This document shows positions 1 to 9,769 of a DNA stretch of 32,529 nucleotides, one piece after another. The translations under genes and the position numbers were made by a program. The stretch spans positions 11,810 to 44,338 of the forward strand of contig CAYVLM010000001.1 in the NCBI GenBank assembly GCA_964452225.1, in the 5' to 3' direction. Position 1 is the stretch's first letter. Each line of letters starts with the position of its first letter. This stretch comes from an uncultured Steroidobacteraceae bacterium. Its GTDB lineage: Bacteria; Chloroflexota; Limnocylindria; QHBO01. The notes beneath the pieces were generated by a model. That model ran no database searches, was not told the DNA's origin, and saw only the letters and a list, made by a program, of their open reading frames with translations.

Positions 1-82
1 TCTGACCGGATCGGCCCGTGGGCCACCGGCAACGGCCGAGGCGAGACGGCCCCAGGTGGTTCCCGTACGGAGGGACAGTTAC

Positions 83-1270
83 GTGCCCATGCGCAGGTTT
101 TTGAGAGTCGGTGGCGGGATCCTCGTCTCGCTCGGGGTGGTTCTGGCGGCCTGTTCCAGCGGTGGCAGCTCGCCCAGCGCGGTCACCTCCGCGACGGCCG
201 TCGCGAGCCAGGCAGCCATGAGCGAGGCGCCATCGACGAGCCCGGCATCCACGCTGAAGATCGGCGTGGTGACCGATGTCGGAACGATCAACGACAAGAA
301 CTTCAACGAGTACACGTACAAGGGCGCACAGGCCGGCGCGCAGGACCTTGGCGAGTCCAGCGACGTCCCGTACGCGGTCCCGAAGGACGCGTCGGAGTAC
401 GCCAGCCTGATCCAGAACTTCGTCAGCCAGCAGTTCGACATCATCGTGACCACCGGGTTCAACCTGACGGCCGAGACGATCAAGGCGGCGAAGGCCAACC
501 CGGACATCTGGTTCATCGGCGTTGACCAGGCTCCCATCTGCATCGACTCGACGGGCGCACCTGCCACGGACAACTGCGCGAGCGACCCGGCGACGATACT
601 GCCGCACTACGTGGCCCTCGGCTTCGAGGAGGACCAGGCCGGCTACCTGGCCGGGATCGTCGCCGCGGCGATGAGCAAGACCGGCACCATCGGCGCCATT
701 GGCGGTATCACCATCTGCGCGCCCTGCGTTCGCTACATCCAGGGCTATGAGCTCGGCGCGAAGTCCTACAACCCGAACATCGTGGTCAAGACCGCGTACA
801 TCACGACGAGCGACTTCACCAAGGCGTTCGCCGACCCGGTGACCGGCAAGACCTTCGCGACGCAGTTCATCGCCGCGAACCACCCGGACGTGCTCTTCCA
901 GGTGGCCGGCAACACCGGCAACGGGATCCTCGACGCCGCGTGCGACGCGAACATCTATGCGGTCGGGGTGGACGTCGACCAGTACCTGTCGTATCCAAAT
1001 GCCGACAAGTGCATCATCACGAGCGCCGAGAAACACCTGTCGGTGGCCGTGGAGGACACCATCAAGGCCATAGCCGCGGGAACCCAGCAAGCCGGGGACG
1101 CGCACTACGACGCGACCAACGACGGCATCGGGGTCTCCGACTTCCACGACAAGGCGAGCCTGATCCCGTCCGACGTCCAGGGCAAGCTTGACGCGGCCCT
1201 GGCGGGCATGAAGGATGGCTCGGTCGTCACCTGCCCGCCTGCCCCCCAGTGCGGGGCTCCGCCCAGCTGA
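83..1270 (+). CDS. BMP-family (PnrA/Med-like) ABC transporter substrate-binding lipoprotein, probably nucleoside-binding
   Basis: Signal peptide plus lipobox (VLAAC|SS). Family-typical stretches include KIGVVTDVGTINDKNFNE, DIWFIGVDQ and GFEEDQAGYLAG. It is followed by its cognate ATPase and two permeases. The start is ambiguous: GTG 56, GTG 83 (GGAGGG 8 nt upstream) or ATG 89. Confidence 0.9.
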   Translation: MPMRRFLRVGGGILVSLGVVLAACSSGGSSPSAVTSATAVASQAAMSEAPSTSPASTLKIGVVTDVGTINDKNFNEYTYKGAQAGAQDLGESSDVPYAVPKDASEYASLIQNFVSQQFDIIVTTGFNLTAETIKAAKANPDIWFIGVDQAPICIDSTGAPATDNCASDPATILPHYVALGFEEDQAGYLAGIVAAAMSKTGTIGAIGGITICAPCVRYIQGYELGAKSYNPNIVVKTAYITTSDFTKAFADPVTGKTFATQFIAANHPDVLFQVAGNTGNGILDAACDANIYAVGVDVDQYLSYPNADKCIITSAEKHLSVAVEDTIKAIAAGTQQAGDAHYDATNDGIGVSDFHDKASLIPSDVQGKLDAALAGMKDGSVVTCPPAPQCGAPPS

Positions 1271-1302
1271 GATCGGCTCGATCTGCTGGACCCTGAAACG
1301 CT

Positions 1303-1335
1303 CGAGGGCGGGCCGGCCACTCCGGTCCGCCCTCG
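1303..1335 (+). terminator. Intercistronic GC-rich stem-loop (partial terminator or attenuator) between the binding-protein gene and the ATPase gene
   Basis: CGAGGGCGGGCCGG / CCGGTCCGCCCTCG arms pair over about 13 bp with one G-T wobble around a 5-nt loop. The hairpin lies 33 nt after the stop at 1270. This is the usual way ABC operons over-express the binding protein. Confidence 0.45.
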
Positions 1336-1374
1336 TTGACTGTTCGGCGACCTGACCACCCGACCGAGGCGAGG

Positions 1375-2949
1375 ATGACTGAACAGGCCCAAGGGGCGAT
1401 TCGGCCCCCGGCCCTCGAGATGCGCGGCGTGACGAAGCGCTATCCGGGCGTGGTCGCGAACGACCACATCGACCTGGAGGTGCGGCCAGGCGAGATCCAC
1501 GCGCTGCTCGGCGAGAACGGCGCCGGCAAGACGACCCTGATGAACGTCCTGTTCGGGCTCGCCACGCCCGACGAGGGGGAGATCAGGCTCGACGGCGAGC
1601 CGGTCCAGATCGCGAGCCCCGCGGACGCGATCGCTCATGGCATCAACATGGTGCACCAGCACTTCATGCTCGTCCCGGTGCTGAGCGTCACGGACAACAT
1701 CCTGCTCGGGGACGAACCGATCGCGAACCGGATCTTCGTCAACCACCGGGCCGCCCGGGCGCGCATCACCGAGCTGGCGCAGTTCTTCGGCTTCCCTGTC
1801 GATCCGGACGTCAAGGTGGGGACGCTCTCGGTCGGCTGGCAGCAGCGCGTCGAGATCCTCAAGGCCCTGTACCGCAATGCGAGCATTTTGGTCCTCGACG
1901 AACCAACAGCCGTGCTCACGCCCCAGGAGACGCGCGAGATCTTCGGCGTGCTCCGGCGGCTGACGACCGAGGGCTACAGCATCATCTTCATCAGCCACAA
2001 GCTGTACGAGGTCCTCGAGATCGCCGACCGGATCACCGTCATCCGGCGCGGGCACGTCGTCGGCGAGCGGCTCCCAGCCGAAACGAACGAGGACGAGCTG
2101 GCGGAGATGATGGTGGGCCGCGAGGTGCAGCTGACCGTCGACCGCGGCGAATCGCATCCAGGGGCGCCGGTGCTCACCGTCGAGAATCTCCACGTCAGGG
2201 ACGACCGCGGCCACGAGGTGGTGCGCGGCGTCGACCTCGAGGTCCGGGCCGGCGAGATCCTGGGCATCGCCGGCGTGGCCGGCAACGGCCAGGACGAGAT
2301 GGTCGAGGCGCTCATCGGACTGCGGCGGCCGACCTCGGGGCGGGTGACGCTCGCCGGCACGGACGTGACTGGCCACACGCCCCGGCAGATGAACGAGGCG
2401 GGAGTCGCCTACGTGCCGGCCGACCGGCACCGCTTCGGACTCGTCCTGCCCTTCGAGGTCGCCGACAACGTGGTCCTGACCAGCTACTACCGCGCCCCGT
2501 TCGCCCGGGGGGTTGTGCGTGACGACGAGGCGATCCGCACGGCGGCCCGCGAGAGCATCGAGCGTTTCGACATTCGCACCCCGTCCGAGACGGTCGCCGC
2601 CGGGACGCTCTCGGGGGGCAACCAGCAGAAGGTGGTCGTCGCGCGCGAGTTCGACCGGGATCTCCGGCTCCTGGGGCTCGATCAGCCGACGCGCGGCCTC
2701 GACGTCGGCAGCATCGAGTTCATTCACCGGCAGACGATCGCGAAGCGGGACGCCGGGACGGCGATCCTCCTCGTCTCGGCCGAGCTCGACGAGGTGCTGG
2801 AGCTCTCGGATCGTGTTGCGGTCATGTTCCGCGGTCAGCTCGTCGCCGTGCTCGATGGACGAACGGCCGATCGCAACGAGGTCGGACTGCTGATGGCGAC
2901 CGGGCGTACCGATCGCTCCCAGGACGAGGCCGGCGAGGCCGCGTCGTGA
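1375..2949 (+). CDS. ABC transporter ATP-binding protein, duplicated-NBD sugar/nucleoside type
   Basis: Two nucleotide-binding domains. NBD1 has Walker A GENGAGKTT, signature LSVGWQQRVEI and Walker B ILVLDEPT. NBD2 has GVAGNGQDE, LSGGNQQKVVV and LLGLDQPTRGLD. ATG 1375 has GAGG 6 nt upstream; the longest ORF starts at TTG 1336. Confidence 0.95.
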   Translation: MTEQAQGAIRPPALEMRGVTKRYPGVVANDHIDLEVRPGEIHALLGENGAGKTTLMNVLFGLATPDEGEIRLDGEPVQIASPADAIAHGINMVHQHFMLVPVLSVTDNILLGDEPIANRIFVNHRAARARITELAQFFGFPVDPDVKVGTLSVGWQQRVEILKALYRNASILVLDEPTAVLTPQETREIFGVLRRLTTEGYSIIFISHKLYEVLEIADRITVIRRGHVVGERLPAETNEDELAEMMVGREVQLTVDRGESHPGAPVLTVENLHVRDDRGHEVVRGVDLEVRAGEILGIAGVAGNGQDEMVEALIGLRRPTSGRVTLAGTDVTGHTPRQMNEAGVAYVPADRHRFGLVLPFEVADNVVLTSYYRAPFARGVVRDDEAIRTAARESIERFDIRTPSETVAAGTLSGGNQQKVVVAREFDRDLRLLGLDQPTRGLDVGSIEFIHRQTIAKRDAGTAILLVSAELDEVLELSDRVAVMFRGQLVAVLDGRTADRNEVGLLMATGRTDRSQDEAGEAAS

Positions 2950-4112
2950 CGGGCCAGGGCGCAGGCGCCCGGCTGCGCAGCCTCGCGGGACGAGCCTGGT
3001 CCCTGACCGCACTGCCCCTGATCGCGATTCTGCTCGCACTCATCGTCGGCTCGGTCCTGATTCTCGCGTCGGAGCTGCTGATCACGAATCGGCCCTTCGA
3101 CCCGACGCTGCCGCTCACCGCCTACCGCTGGCTCTTCGAGGGGGCGCTCGGAACGCCCGACGCGATCGTCGAGAGCCTCGTCTTCACCACACCGCTGCTG
3201 CTCGCGGGCCTCGCGGTCGGCCTTGGGTTCCGGGCCGGCCTCTTCAACATCGGCGCGCTCGGGCAGTTCCTGATGGGTGCCCTGGTTGCGTGCTGGGTGG
3301 GGATCTGGCTGAAGGACGCGCCCGGCATCGTCGCCATCCCCGCCGCATTCCTCGGCGGCATGGTCGGCGGGGCGATCTTCGGTGCCATTCCCGGCTACCT
3401 GAAGGCGGTCTCGGGCGCGCACGAGGTCGTCACGACCATCATGCTCAACTACGTCGCGATCGCCGTGCTGGCAGCCATCGTCAGCGGCCCGCTGAAGGCA
3501 CCGGGCGCGCCGAACCCGATCACCGAGGAGATCGGAAACGCTGCCTTTCCGGTCCTGGTCGGCCGCGACGGCCACCTCGGGATCCTGATCGCGCTCGCGG
3601 CGGCGTTCGTCATCGCCTGGCTCCTGTACCGCACGACCCTTGGATTCGAGATCCGCACGGTCGGTGCCAACGCCGATGCAGCCCGCTACGCGGGCATGCG
3701 GCCCAAGCTCATCATGGTGCTGACCATGGGCATTTCCGGCCTCCTGGCCGGCATGGCCGGTGCGGGGCAGGTCCAGGGCATCAGCCACATGCTCACGGGA
3801 TCGTTCAGCACGACCGTCGGCTTCGACTCGATCGCGGTCGCCCTGCTCGGGCGCTCGAACCCCCTCGGGATCGTGGTGGCGTCACTCCTCTTCGGCGCCA
3901 TGCGTGCCGGCGCGGGCCTCATGCAGATCCGTGCGGGCATTCCGCGTGAGCTCGTGGACGTCGTCCAGGCAACCATCCTGCTCTTCCTGGTGGCCAGCCC
4001 CGTCCTGCAGCGGATCTTCCGCCTGCGGAGCGCCGCCGCCACCGCCCTGACGGGCACCGAGTCGCTCACCCAGGGTTATGGAGGGGCGGGCGAGGAGACG
4101 GTGAAGCCCTGA
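2946..4112 (+). CDS. ABC transporter permease (BMP/nucleoside-type importer)
   Basis: Polytopic hydrophobic protein. GTGA start/stop overlap with the ATPase gene at 2946-2949. High GC3 in this frame. Confidence 0.9.
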   Translation: MTGQGAGARLRSLAGRAWSLTALPLIAILLALIVGSVLILASELLITNRPFDPTLPLTAYRWLFEGALGTPDAIVESLVFTTPLLLAGLAVGLGFRAGLFNIGALGQFLMGALVACWVGIWLKDAPGIVAIPAAFLGGMVGGAIFGAIPGYLKAVSGAHEVVTTIMLNYVAIAVLAAIVSGPLKAPGAPNPITEEIGNAAFPVLVGRDGHLGILIALAAAFVIAWLLYRTTLGFEIRTVGANADAARYAGMRPKLIMVLTMGISGLLAGMAGAGQVQGISHMLTGSFSTTVGFDSIAVALLGRSNPLGIVVASLLFGAMRAGAGLMQIRAGIPRELVDVVQATILLFLVASPVLQRIFRLRSAAATALTGTESLTQGYGGAGEETVKP

Positions 4113-5188
4113 TGGACCAGCTGATCAACGCGCTCTACGCGATCCCCGTGCTCGGCGTCCTCTTCCAGCTCGTCGGCTACCTGGTCGACACGATCGTGAA
4201 CTTCGGGCCGATCATCCTGCAGGGTGCGACGCCGCTCGCGCTCGGCGCGCTTTGCGGCGTGCTGTGCGAGCGATCGGGCGTGGTCAATATCGCCATCGAG
4301 GGCACCATGCTGGCCAGCGCGTTCACGGGCTGGGTGGTGGGCATCGCGCTGGCCCCGGTCTTTGGCGGCTCGCCCAGCTGGTTCTTCGGCGTCACCCCGG
4401 CGATCTTCCTCGCCCTCCTCGCGGCGCTGGCAGTCGCGGCGCTGATCAGCCTGCTGCACGCGTGGCTGTCGATCACCGTTCGGGCCGACCAGATCATCAG
4501 TGGCACCATCATCAACATCGCCGCGTTCGGGGTCACCGGCTACCTGAACACGCTGCTCGCCCAGAGCTCGCCGACGAGCGCCGGCAGCTTCGCCCAGTTC
4601 AACCCGCCCCACGCATTGCTCGATGTCCCTGTGGTTGGCTGGCTCTTCAACGCCTTTCTCAGCCAGGGACCAATCACGATGTCGGTGATCGTCATCGTGA
4701 TCGCGCTCCAGATCCTCCTGTTCCGGTCGCGATGGGGCCTTCGGACGCGGGCGGTCGGCGAGCACCCCAAGGCGGCCGAGACCGTGGGCATCAGCGTGAT
4801 CGCCCTTCGCTACCGCAACGTCATCCTCGGCGGGCTCTTCGCCGGGCTCGCCGGCGCGTTCCTGAGCATGGAGGCGACGAACTCGTTCCAGGCCGGGATG
4901 ACCGCCGGTCGCGGGTTCATCGCCCTGGCCGCGCTCATCATCGGGCGCTGGACGCCGCTCGGCGCGTGGGGTGCCGCCCTGCTCTTCGCAACGTCGCAGG
5001 TGCTCGGCCAGGCCATCGTCATCGCCCCGCCCACCGGGACGCTCGGGAACGTGCTCACCGCGATCCCTGCCCAGTTCTACGACGCGCTCCCCTACGTGGT
5101 GACCATCGTGGTGCTCGCCGGCGTGGTCGGCCGGAGCATTCCGCCGGCCGCGGACGGACAGCCATACGAACGCGAGTCGGCCACCTGA
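4112..5188 (+). CDS. ABC transporter permease (second subunit)
   Basis: Polytopic hydrophobic protein. TGATG overlap with the upstream permease (stop 4110-4112, ATG 4112). Confidence 0.9.
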   Translation: MDQLINALYAIPVLGVLFQLVGYLVDTIVNFGPIILQGATPLALGALCGVLCERSGVVNIAIEGTMLASAFTGWVVGIALAPVFGGSPSWFFGVTPAIFLALLAALAVAALISLLHAWLSITVRADQIISGTIINIAAFGVTGYLNTLLAQSSPTSAGSFAQFNPPHALLDVPVVGWLFNAFLSQGPITMSVIVIVIALQILLFRSRWGLRTRAVGEHPKAAETVGISVIALRYRNVILGGLFAGLAGAFLSMEATNSFQAGMTAGRGFIALAALIIGRWTPLGAWGAALLFATSQVLGQAIVIAPPTGTLGNVLTAIPAQFYDALPYVVTIVVLAGVVGRSIPPAADGQPYERESAT

Positions 5189-5219
5189 CCGACCCGTGGC
5201 GTGCGCGCGACGGTGCGGA

Positions 5220-5984
5220 TCAGCCCGCCTCGCCCGCCGGCGGCTCGGCCGCCTCGGTCCCCTCCGGCCCGATCGGGTGTGACACGGGCGGAACTTTCAG
5301 CAGATCCATCGGGAGCCCCGCGGCCGCCAGGTCGCTGGCCGCGCTCATCGAGTCGTAGTCGACTGAGCGGAAGCCAATGGCCAGGTCCGGCTGACCGAGG
5401 TAGATCACGGCGTAGCGGGCCCGGGCGTGGGCTCCGCAGCCGACTGACCCGCACGCCACGAAGTGCGCCTGCCCCACCAGCTTGTGCACCGTTTCGTGGG
5501 TGTGTCCGAAGCAGAACAGGTCATCTCCCGCGTCCGAGGCGATCCGCGCGAAGGTACGGGATGGCCGGTCGGCCCACAGGTACTCGGTCTGCTTGATCGG
5601 CGTGCCGTGAAAGAGCAGGATGCTGCGCCCCTCGGCCGACAGGCGCAGGGTCACCGGCAGCTGGCGCAGCCAGGCCCGATGCTCATCGCTGACCGTCCGC
5701 ACGGTCCAGTCGAGCGAGGCCCGCCCTGCCGCCTCATCCGCCTCGGTGGCCCAGATGGCGCCCGCCTGCTCGCGGCCCATCCCCACCGCTTCGTCCCAGT
5801 TGCCCTGGACGGTCGCAATGCCCAGGTCCCGGACCGTGGCGATCACCTCGTTCGGATGAGGTCCGCGTCCCACGAGGTCGCCGGCGCACCAGATCGCGTC
5901 GCAGCCGATGGCGGCGATGTCGGCGAGCACGGCCCGCAGCGCGGGCAGGTTGCCGTGGACGTCTGTGATGACAGCGATTCGCAT
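5220..5984 (-). CDS. Metallophosphoesterase family protein (YfcE/MJ0936-like)
   Basis: All calcineurin-like phosphoesterase motifs are present in order: VITDVHGN, CAGDLVGRGP, GNWDE, LFHGTP, FGHTHE. Confidence 0.9.
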   Translation of the reverse strand: MRIAVITDVHGNLPALRAVLADIAAIGCDAIWCAGDLVGRGPHPNEVIATVRDLGIATVQGNWDEAVGMGREQAGAIWATEADEAAGRASLDWTVRTVSDEHRAWLRQLPVTLRLSAEGRSILLFHGTPIKQTEYLWADRPSRTFARIASDAGDDLFCFGHTHETVHKLVGQAHFVACGSVGCGAHARARYAVIYLGQPDLAIGFRSVDYDSMSAASDLAAAGLPMDLLKVPPVSHPIGPEGTEAAEPPAGEAG

Positions 5985-6055
5985 CGGCCGATTCTAGGCC
6001 GCCGCGCGGCCTGTGCGAACGCGTACCGGGGTGGGAGATCCGGCGGCAGCTCCGA

Positions 6056-7141
6056 CTACGAACCTGCGGCCATGGCAAAGGGTGCCGCGACCACGCTCAC
6101 CCGGCCGGCGACCGCGCGGGCCAGCTCGCGCATCGCCTGCGCGGCGCGCGAGGTGTCTGCCTCGGGGTGCTGGGTGGAGGTGACCGGCACGCCGGCGTCC
6201 CCGCCGCTGCGCACGCCGGGCTCGATCGGGATGCGGCCGAGCACATCGAGCTCCAGCTCGCGGGCGATCGTCTCGCCGCCGCCGGAGCCGAACAGATCGT
6301 GCTCCGTCCCGCAGTGGGGGCAGACGAAGCCGCTCATGTTCTCGACAACGCCCAGGATCCGGACGTTGACCTTGCTGAACATGCCGATCGCCTTGCGTGC
6401 GTCGGCCAGGGAGACTTCCTGCGGCGTGGTGACGATCACCGCGCCGGTGAGCGGGATCAGCTGGCTGATCGAGAGCGCGGCGTCGCCGGTCCCGGGCGGC
6501 AGGTCCACGACGAGGTAGTCGAGCTCCCCCCACTCGACGTCCCGCAGGAACTGCTGGATCGCCGAGTGGATCAGCGGGCCGCGCCAGATGACCGGGGCGT
6601 CCCCGGTCAGGAAGTACTGGATGCTCATCATCTGCACGCCGTGGCTGGTGACCGGGTTCACCCGGCCGCCGGTACCGGTGACGTGGGCACCCATGGTGCC
6701 CATCATGAGCGGCACGTTCGGGCCGGTGATGTCCGCATCCAGGAGCCCGACGCGGGCTCCGTCCCGCGCGAGGCTCACGGCGAGGTTGACGGCCACGGTG
6801 GTCTTGCCGACCCCGCCCTTCCCGGACGCGACCGCGATCGTGTTCTTCACTCCTGGGATCAGGTCCGCCGCCGGACCGCCGAACGAGCGCTTGACGTTGC
6901 TCGCCCAGTCGACCCGGACGGACTCGGCTCCCAGCGCCCGAAGCCCCTCGACGATCTCGTCCTCGATCGTGGCCTTCAGGGGGCAGGCGGGCGTGGTCAG
7001 CTCGATGGTCAGGGCAACGTCGGCACCGGTGATCTCCACGCCCTTCACCATGCCGAGCGACACGAGGTCGCGGTTGAGCTCCGGATCCTTGACGCGGGCC
7101 AGCGCCTCGGTGATCTTCTCGTTCGTCAGCTGATCAGGCAT
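6056..7141 (-). CDS. mrp: Mrp/NBP35 (ApbC) family Fe-S cluster carrier ATPase with N-terminal DUF59-like domain
   Basis: N-terminal ITEALARVKDPELNRDLVSLGMV (DUF59-like), deviant Walker A ASGKGGVGKTT and C-terminal CPHCG motif. ATG at 7141 is preferred over the longest-ORF start at 7186. Confidence 0.93.
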   Translation of the reverse strand: MPDQLTNEKITEALARVKDPELNRDLVSLGMVKGVEITGADVALTIELTTPACPLKATIEDEIVEGLRALGAESVRVDWASNVKRSFGGPAADLIPGVKNTIAVASGKGGVGKTTVAVNLAVSLARDGARVGLLDADITGPNVPLMMGTMGAHVTGTGGRVNPVTSHGVQMMSIQYFLTGDAPVIWRGPLIHSAIQQFLRDVEWGELDYLVVDLPPGTGDAALSISQLIPLTGAVIVTTPQEVSLADARKAIGMFSKVNVRILGVVENMSGFVCPHCGTEHDLFGSGGGETIARELELDVLGRIPIEPGVRSGGDAGVPVTSTQHPEADTSRAAQAMRELARAVAGRVSVVAAPFAMAAGS

Positions 7142-7298
7142 CGGTTGGTTCTCAGCGTCCTTTCGACGGTGACGGGCATCCTGCATTGGCAGCCCGAGGG
7201 TAACAGACCGCAGGCACCCATCGGTACATCATCTGTTGAGGATGCGGCCGCCCGTCGGGGGGCGTCGAACCTCGGGCGACCCGCAGGGCGGCTCGCGT

Positions 7299-8162
7299 TC
7301 AGGGAAGCCCGTCGAAGAGGTGGCTCTCGCGAGCCGGCGGCGCGCCGGCCGGCACCCGAAGGTTGCTCCTGGCGAGGCGGTACGACTCGCTCGACAGGAA
7401 CGCCTCCCGCGTCGCCGCGGACCAGTCAGCGAAGGGTCCGGCCGATCCCGTCTGGGAGACGTGGCGCGCGATCGCCGCGCGCTTGAGCTCGGCGAGCTCA
7501 CCGAGGTCGATGGTGAGCGTTTCGGCACCGTCCGGTGACCCGTAGCCGGGCGGCGGCGTGGGGGCCAGCGCGACCCGGCTCGCCGGCACCACCAGCTCGT
7601 ACAGCTTCGCAGCCCGCCACGCGACCTGGTCCTCCTCGAGGTCGTCCTCGTAGGCGAGCGGCTCCCCCGCCCGCTCGAACGCCACGTTCACCGCCTTTGA
7701 CAGGACCACGTGGTCGGGGTCGCCCGTCACGCCGTCAGGGCCGAAGCTGAGGATCACCTCGGGCCGATGCATGCGAATCGGCTCGACGATCCGGCCGACG
7801 AGCTCATCGAAATCCGCGCTTGAGAGCTGGCCCTCCGCGTAGTCGAGCGTTCGCACCACGCGCACGCCCAGCAGGCCCACCGAGCGCCGGAGCTCGTCCT
7901 CGCGCACCGTGTCGACGTTGCGCCAGACGACCGCATCGGACCTGGGGTCGCGGTTCTTCCCGCCCGGCGCCGGCGACTTGCGTGCCAGGCGCGGGTCGAA
8001 CGTGCCGCGCGTGGCGCAGACCACCACGACGTAGGCTCCCTCGCCGGCGGCCTTCGCGATGGCTCCCCCGAATCCGAACGCCTCGTCGCCCGGGTGGGCG
8101 ACCACCGCCATCAGGCTGCGGGCGGGATCTCGCTCGCGAACGGGGCGCCAGATGGACGACAC
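7299..8162 (-). CDS. PIG-L (LmbE-like) family N-acetylglucosaminyl deacetylase
   Basis: N-terminal VVAHPGDEAFGFGG zinc-site motif with an internal HRPE/PDH region. Start is uncertain (GTG 8162 or ATG 8111). Confidence 0.8.
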   Translation of the reverse strand: MSSIWRPVRERDPARSLMAVVAHPGDEAFGFGGAIAKAAGEGAYVVVVCATRGTFDPRLARKSPAPGGKNRDPRSDAVVWRNVDTVREDELRRSVGLLGVRVVRTLDYAEGQLSSADFDELVGRIVEPIRMHRPEVILSFGPDGVTGDPDHVVLSKAVNVAFERAGEPLAYEDDLEEDQVAWRAAKLYELVVPASRVALAPTPPPGYGSPDGAETLTIDLGELAELKRAAIARHVSQTGSAGPFADWSAATREAFLSSESYRLARSNLRVPAGAPPARESHLFDGLP

Positions 8163-8180
8163 GGGCGCGAGTCTAGCAGC

Positions 8181-9248
8181 CTAGACCTCGATCTCGACGG
8201 GCATCGCGGCACGGCCGTCACTGCCGTCGGGCGGCCTCCTGCGGCGCTCCACCGGCGGTGCCGGATCGAGGAAGCTGGCGCGGTCCGCCGTCTCCAGCGC
8301 GACCTGCACCTCCTCCATCGAGAGCATCTCGTTGCGCAGCACGAGCGAGATCTCGTCGCGGAGGTGCGAGCGAAGCATCTCGGGACCATCGGTCGAGAGG
8401 GCGAACGAGACCCGGTGCTCCTCGAGGGCCCGGAGGATGCGGCGCATCTCTGCCAGGTCGCGCACCACCCGCGTGTTCAGATTCGACGAAGGGCAGACCT
8501 CGAGCACCACCCCGCGCTCACGGAGGAGCCCCATCACCATCGGATCGTCCGCGGAACGGACCCCGTGCCCGATCCGCTCCGGGTTGAGCGCCTCCACGGC
8601 CTCGCGTACCTCGTCGGCCCCGCCGGTTTCGCCGGCGTGCACCGTCACGCCCAGGCCTGCCCGGCGACAGGCGTCGAAGATCTCCCGGTATTCGGCGAAG
8701 CGGAAGTCCGGCACCACGGGCCCGGCCATGTCCACGGCGATCACGCCCCGGTCGCGCCAGGCGATCGCCTTGGTGGCGATGATCTCGTTCAGCTCGCGGC
8801 TGAAGGCGCGGTCGAGGCAGAAGATGAGGCCCGCACGCACCTGGGGATACTCCAGCACGGCGCGGTCCATGCCGCGCACGGCCGCGGCGATGATGTGATC
8901 CAGGTCCTGTTCGCCGCCGCGGTTGCGCTTCATCGGGTTGAAGCGCAGCTCGAGGCGGGTGATGTTGTTCTTCCGGTAGGCCCCGCCGATCACCTCGTAG
9001 ACGCTGCGCTCCACGGCAATGGGGCTGGACTGGATCAGCTCGGTCCAGTGGAAGAGGTCCAGGTAGGCCTGGAAGGAGCGCCGGCGGCGGGCCGTGATCA
9101 GGTCACGAAAGGCCCAGTAGTCCTTGGTCGGAAGGCGGATCCCCTGGGCGTGGGCGATCCCCCACATGATCGCCGGCGTCACCGCGGCGCCAAGGTGGAC
9201 GTGCAGCTCCGTGAGAGGGGTCCGGCGGTCAAGCCTCGGTCGCGGCAT
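8181..9248 (-). CDS. add: Adenosine deaminase family protein
   Basis: LTELHVHLGAAV (HxH metal site), TVHAGETGG and ALSTDGPEM are the hallmark adenosine/AMP deaminase motifs in the correct order. Confidence 0.9.
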   Translation of the reverse strand: MPRPRLDRRTPLTELHVHLGAAVTPAIMWGIAHAQGIRLPTKDYWAFRDLITARRRRSFQAYLDLFHWTELIQSSPIAVERSVYEVIGGAYRKNNITRLELRFNPMKRNRGGEQDLDHIIAAAVRGMDRAVLEYPQVRAGLIFCLDRAFSRELNEIIATKAIAWRDRGVIAVDMAGPVVPDFRFAEYREIFDACRRAGLGVTVHAGETGGADEVREAVEALNPERIGHGVRSADDPMVMGLLRERGVVLEVCPSSNLNTRVVRDLAEMRRILRALEEHRVSFALSTDGPEMLRSHLRDEISLVLRNEMLSMEEVQVALETADRASFLDPAPPVERRRRPPDGSDGRAAMPVEIEV

Positions 9249-9348
9249 GCTCCTCGTGTCGTGCGTTTCGCCGGAGTGTAGCAGCGGTGCGGCGCCCGAC
9301 GGGCGACGGGCCGAGGCCCACGGCCCCTACGCTACAATCGCCTCCGGC

Positions 9349-9744
9349 ATGGACATCAAGGCCTTCATCGAATGGACGAGCCACGACCTCGGATCGGCGG
9401 TCGCGACCATCTTCCCGTATCTCCTCGTCGGGCTCGTCGGGCTCTACGTCCTCTGGTTGGTGGTCGGGTACCTGCGGGTCTCGCAGGTGGGCATCGCGGC
9501 CGAGGCGCCCGCAGGACCGAGAGCCCTGCCCGCACCGTCCGGGCCCGGGGCCGCGACGGTCGTGCGTCCCCGCGGCATCCCCTACTGTCCCGTCGATCAG
9601 CTCCAGCTCTCACCCGGAGCCGGATACTGCACCCGCTGCGAGGGCGACCTGCTCGTCGACTGCGCCAACTGCGGCACCACCATCCGTGCCGCCGATCCGA
9701 GCTGCTTCCACTGCGGGACCCGCGCGACCCAGGCATCCGCCTGA
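9349..9744 (+). CDS. Small membrane-anchored double zinc-ribbon protein (function unknown)
   Basis: One TM helix (IFPYLLVGLVGLYVLWLVVGYL), a Pro-rich linker, then CPVD..CTRC..CANCG..CFHCG (four CxxC-like pairs). ATG 9349 was chosen because the upstream part of ORF 9124-9744 overlaps add antisense and is Arg-rich. Confidence 0.6.
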   Translation: MDIKAFIEWTSHDLGSAVATIFPYLLVGLVGLYVLWLVVGYLRVSQVGIAAEAPAGPRALPAPSGPGAATVVRPRGIPYCPVDQLQLSPGAGYCTRCEGDLLVDCANCGTTIRAADPSCFHCGTRATQASA

Positions 9745-9769
9745 CTGATCCAGGGTCGATCCGCCGAAG

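Noticed and set aside
1105-3039. 644-aa ORF on the - strand
   Set aside because: It lies antisense to the ABC ATPase gene, which has two complete NBD motif sets. This is a shadow ORF.
9124-9348. Upstream 75 codons of the zinc-ribbon ORF
   Set aside because: This part overlaps the add 5' end antisense and is Arg-rich without hydrophobic pattern. The internal ATG at 9349 starts a coherent TM-plus-zinc-ribbon protein.
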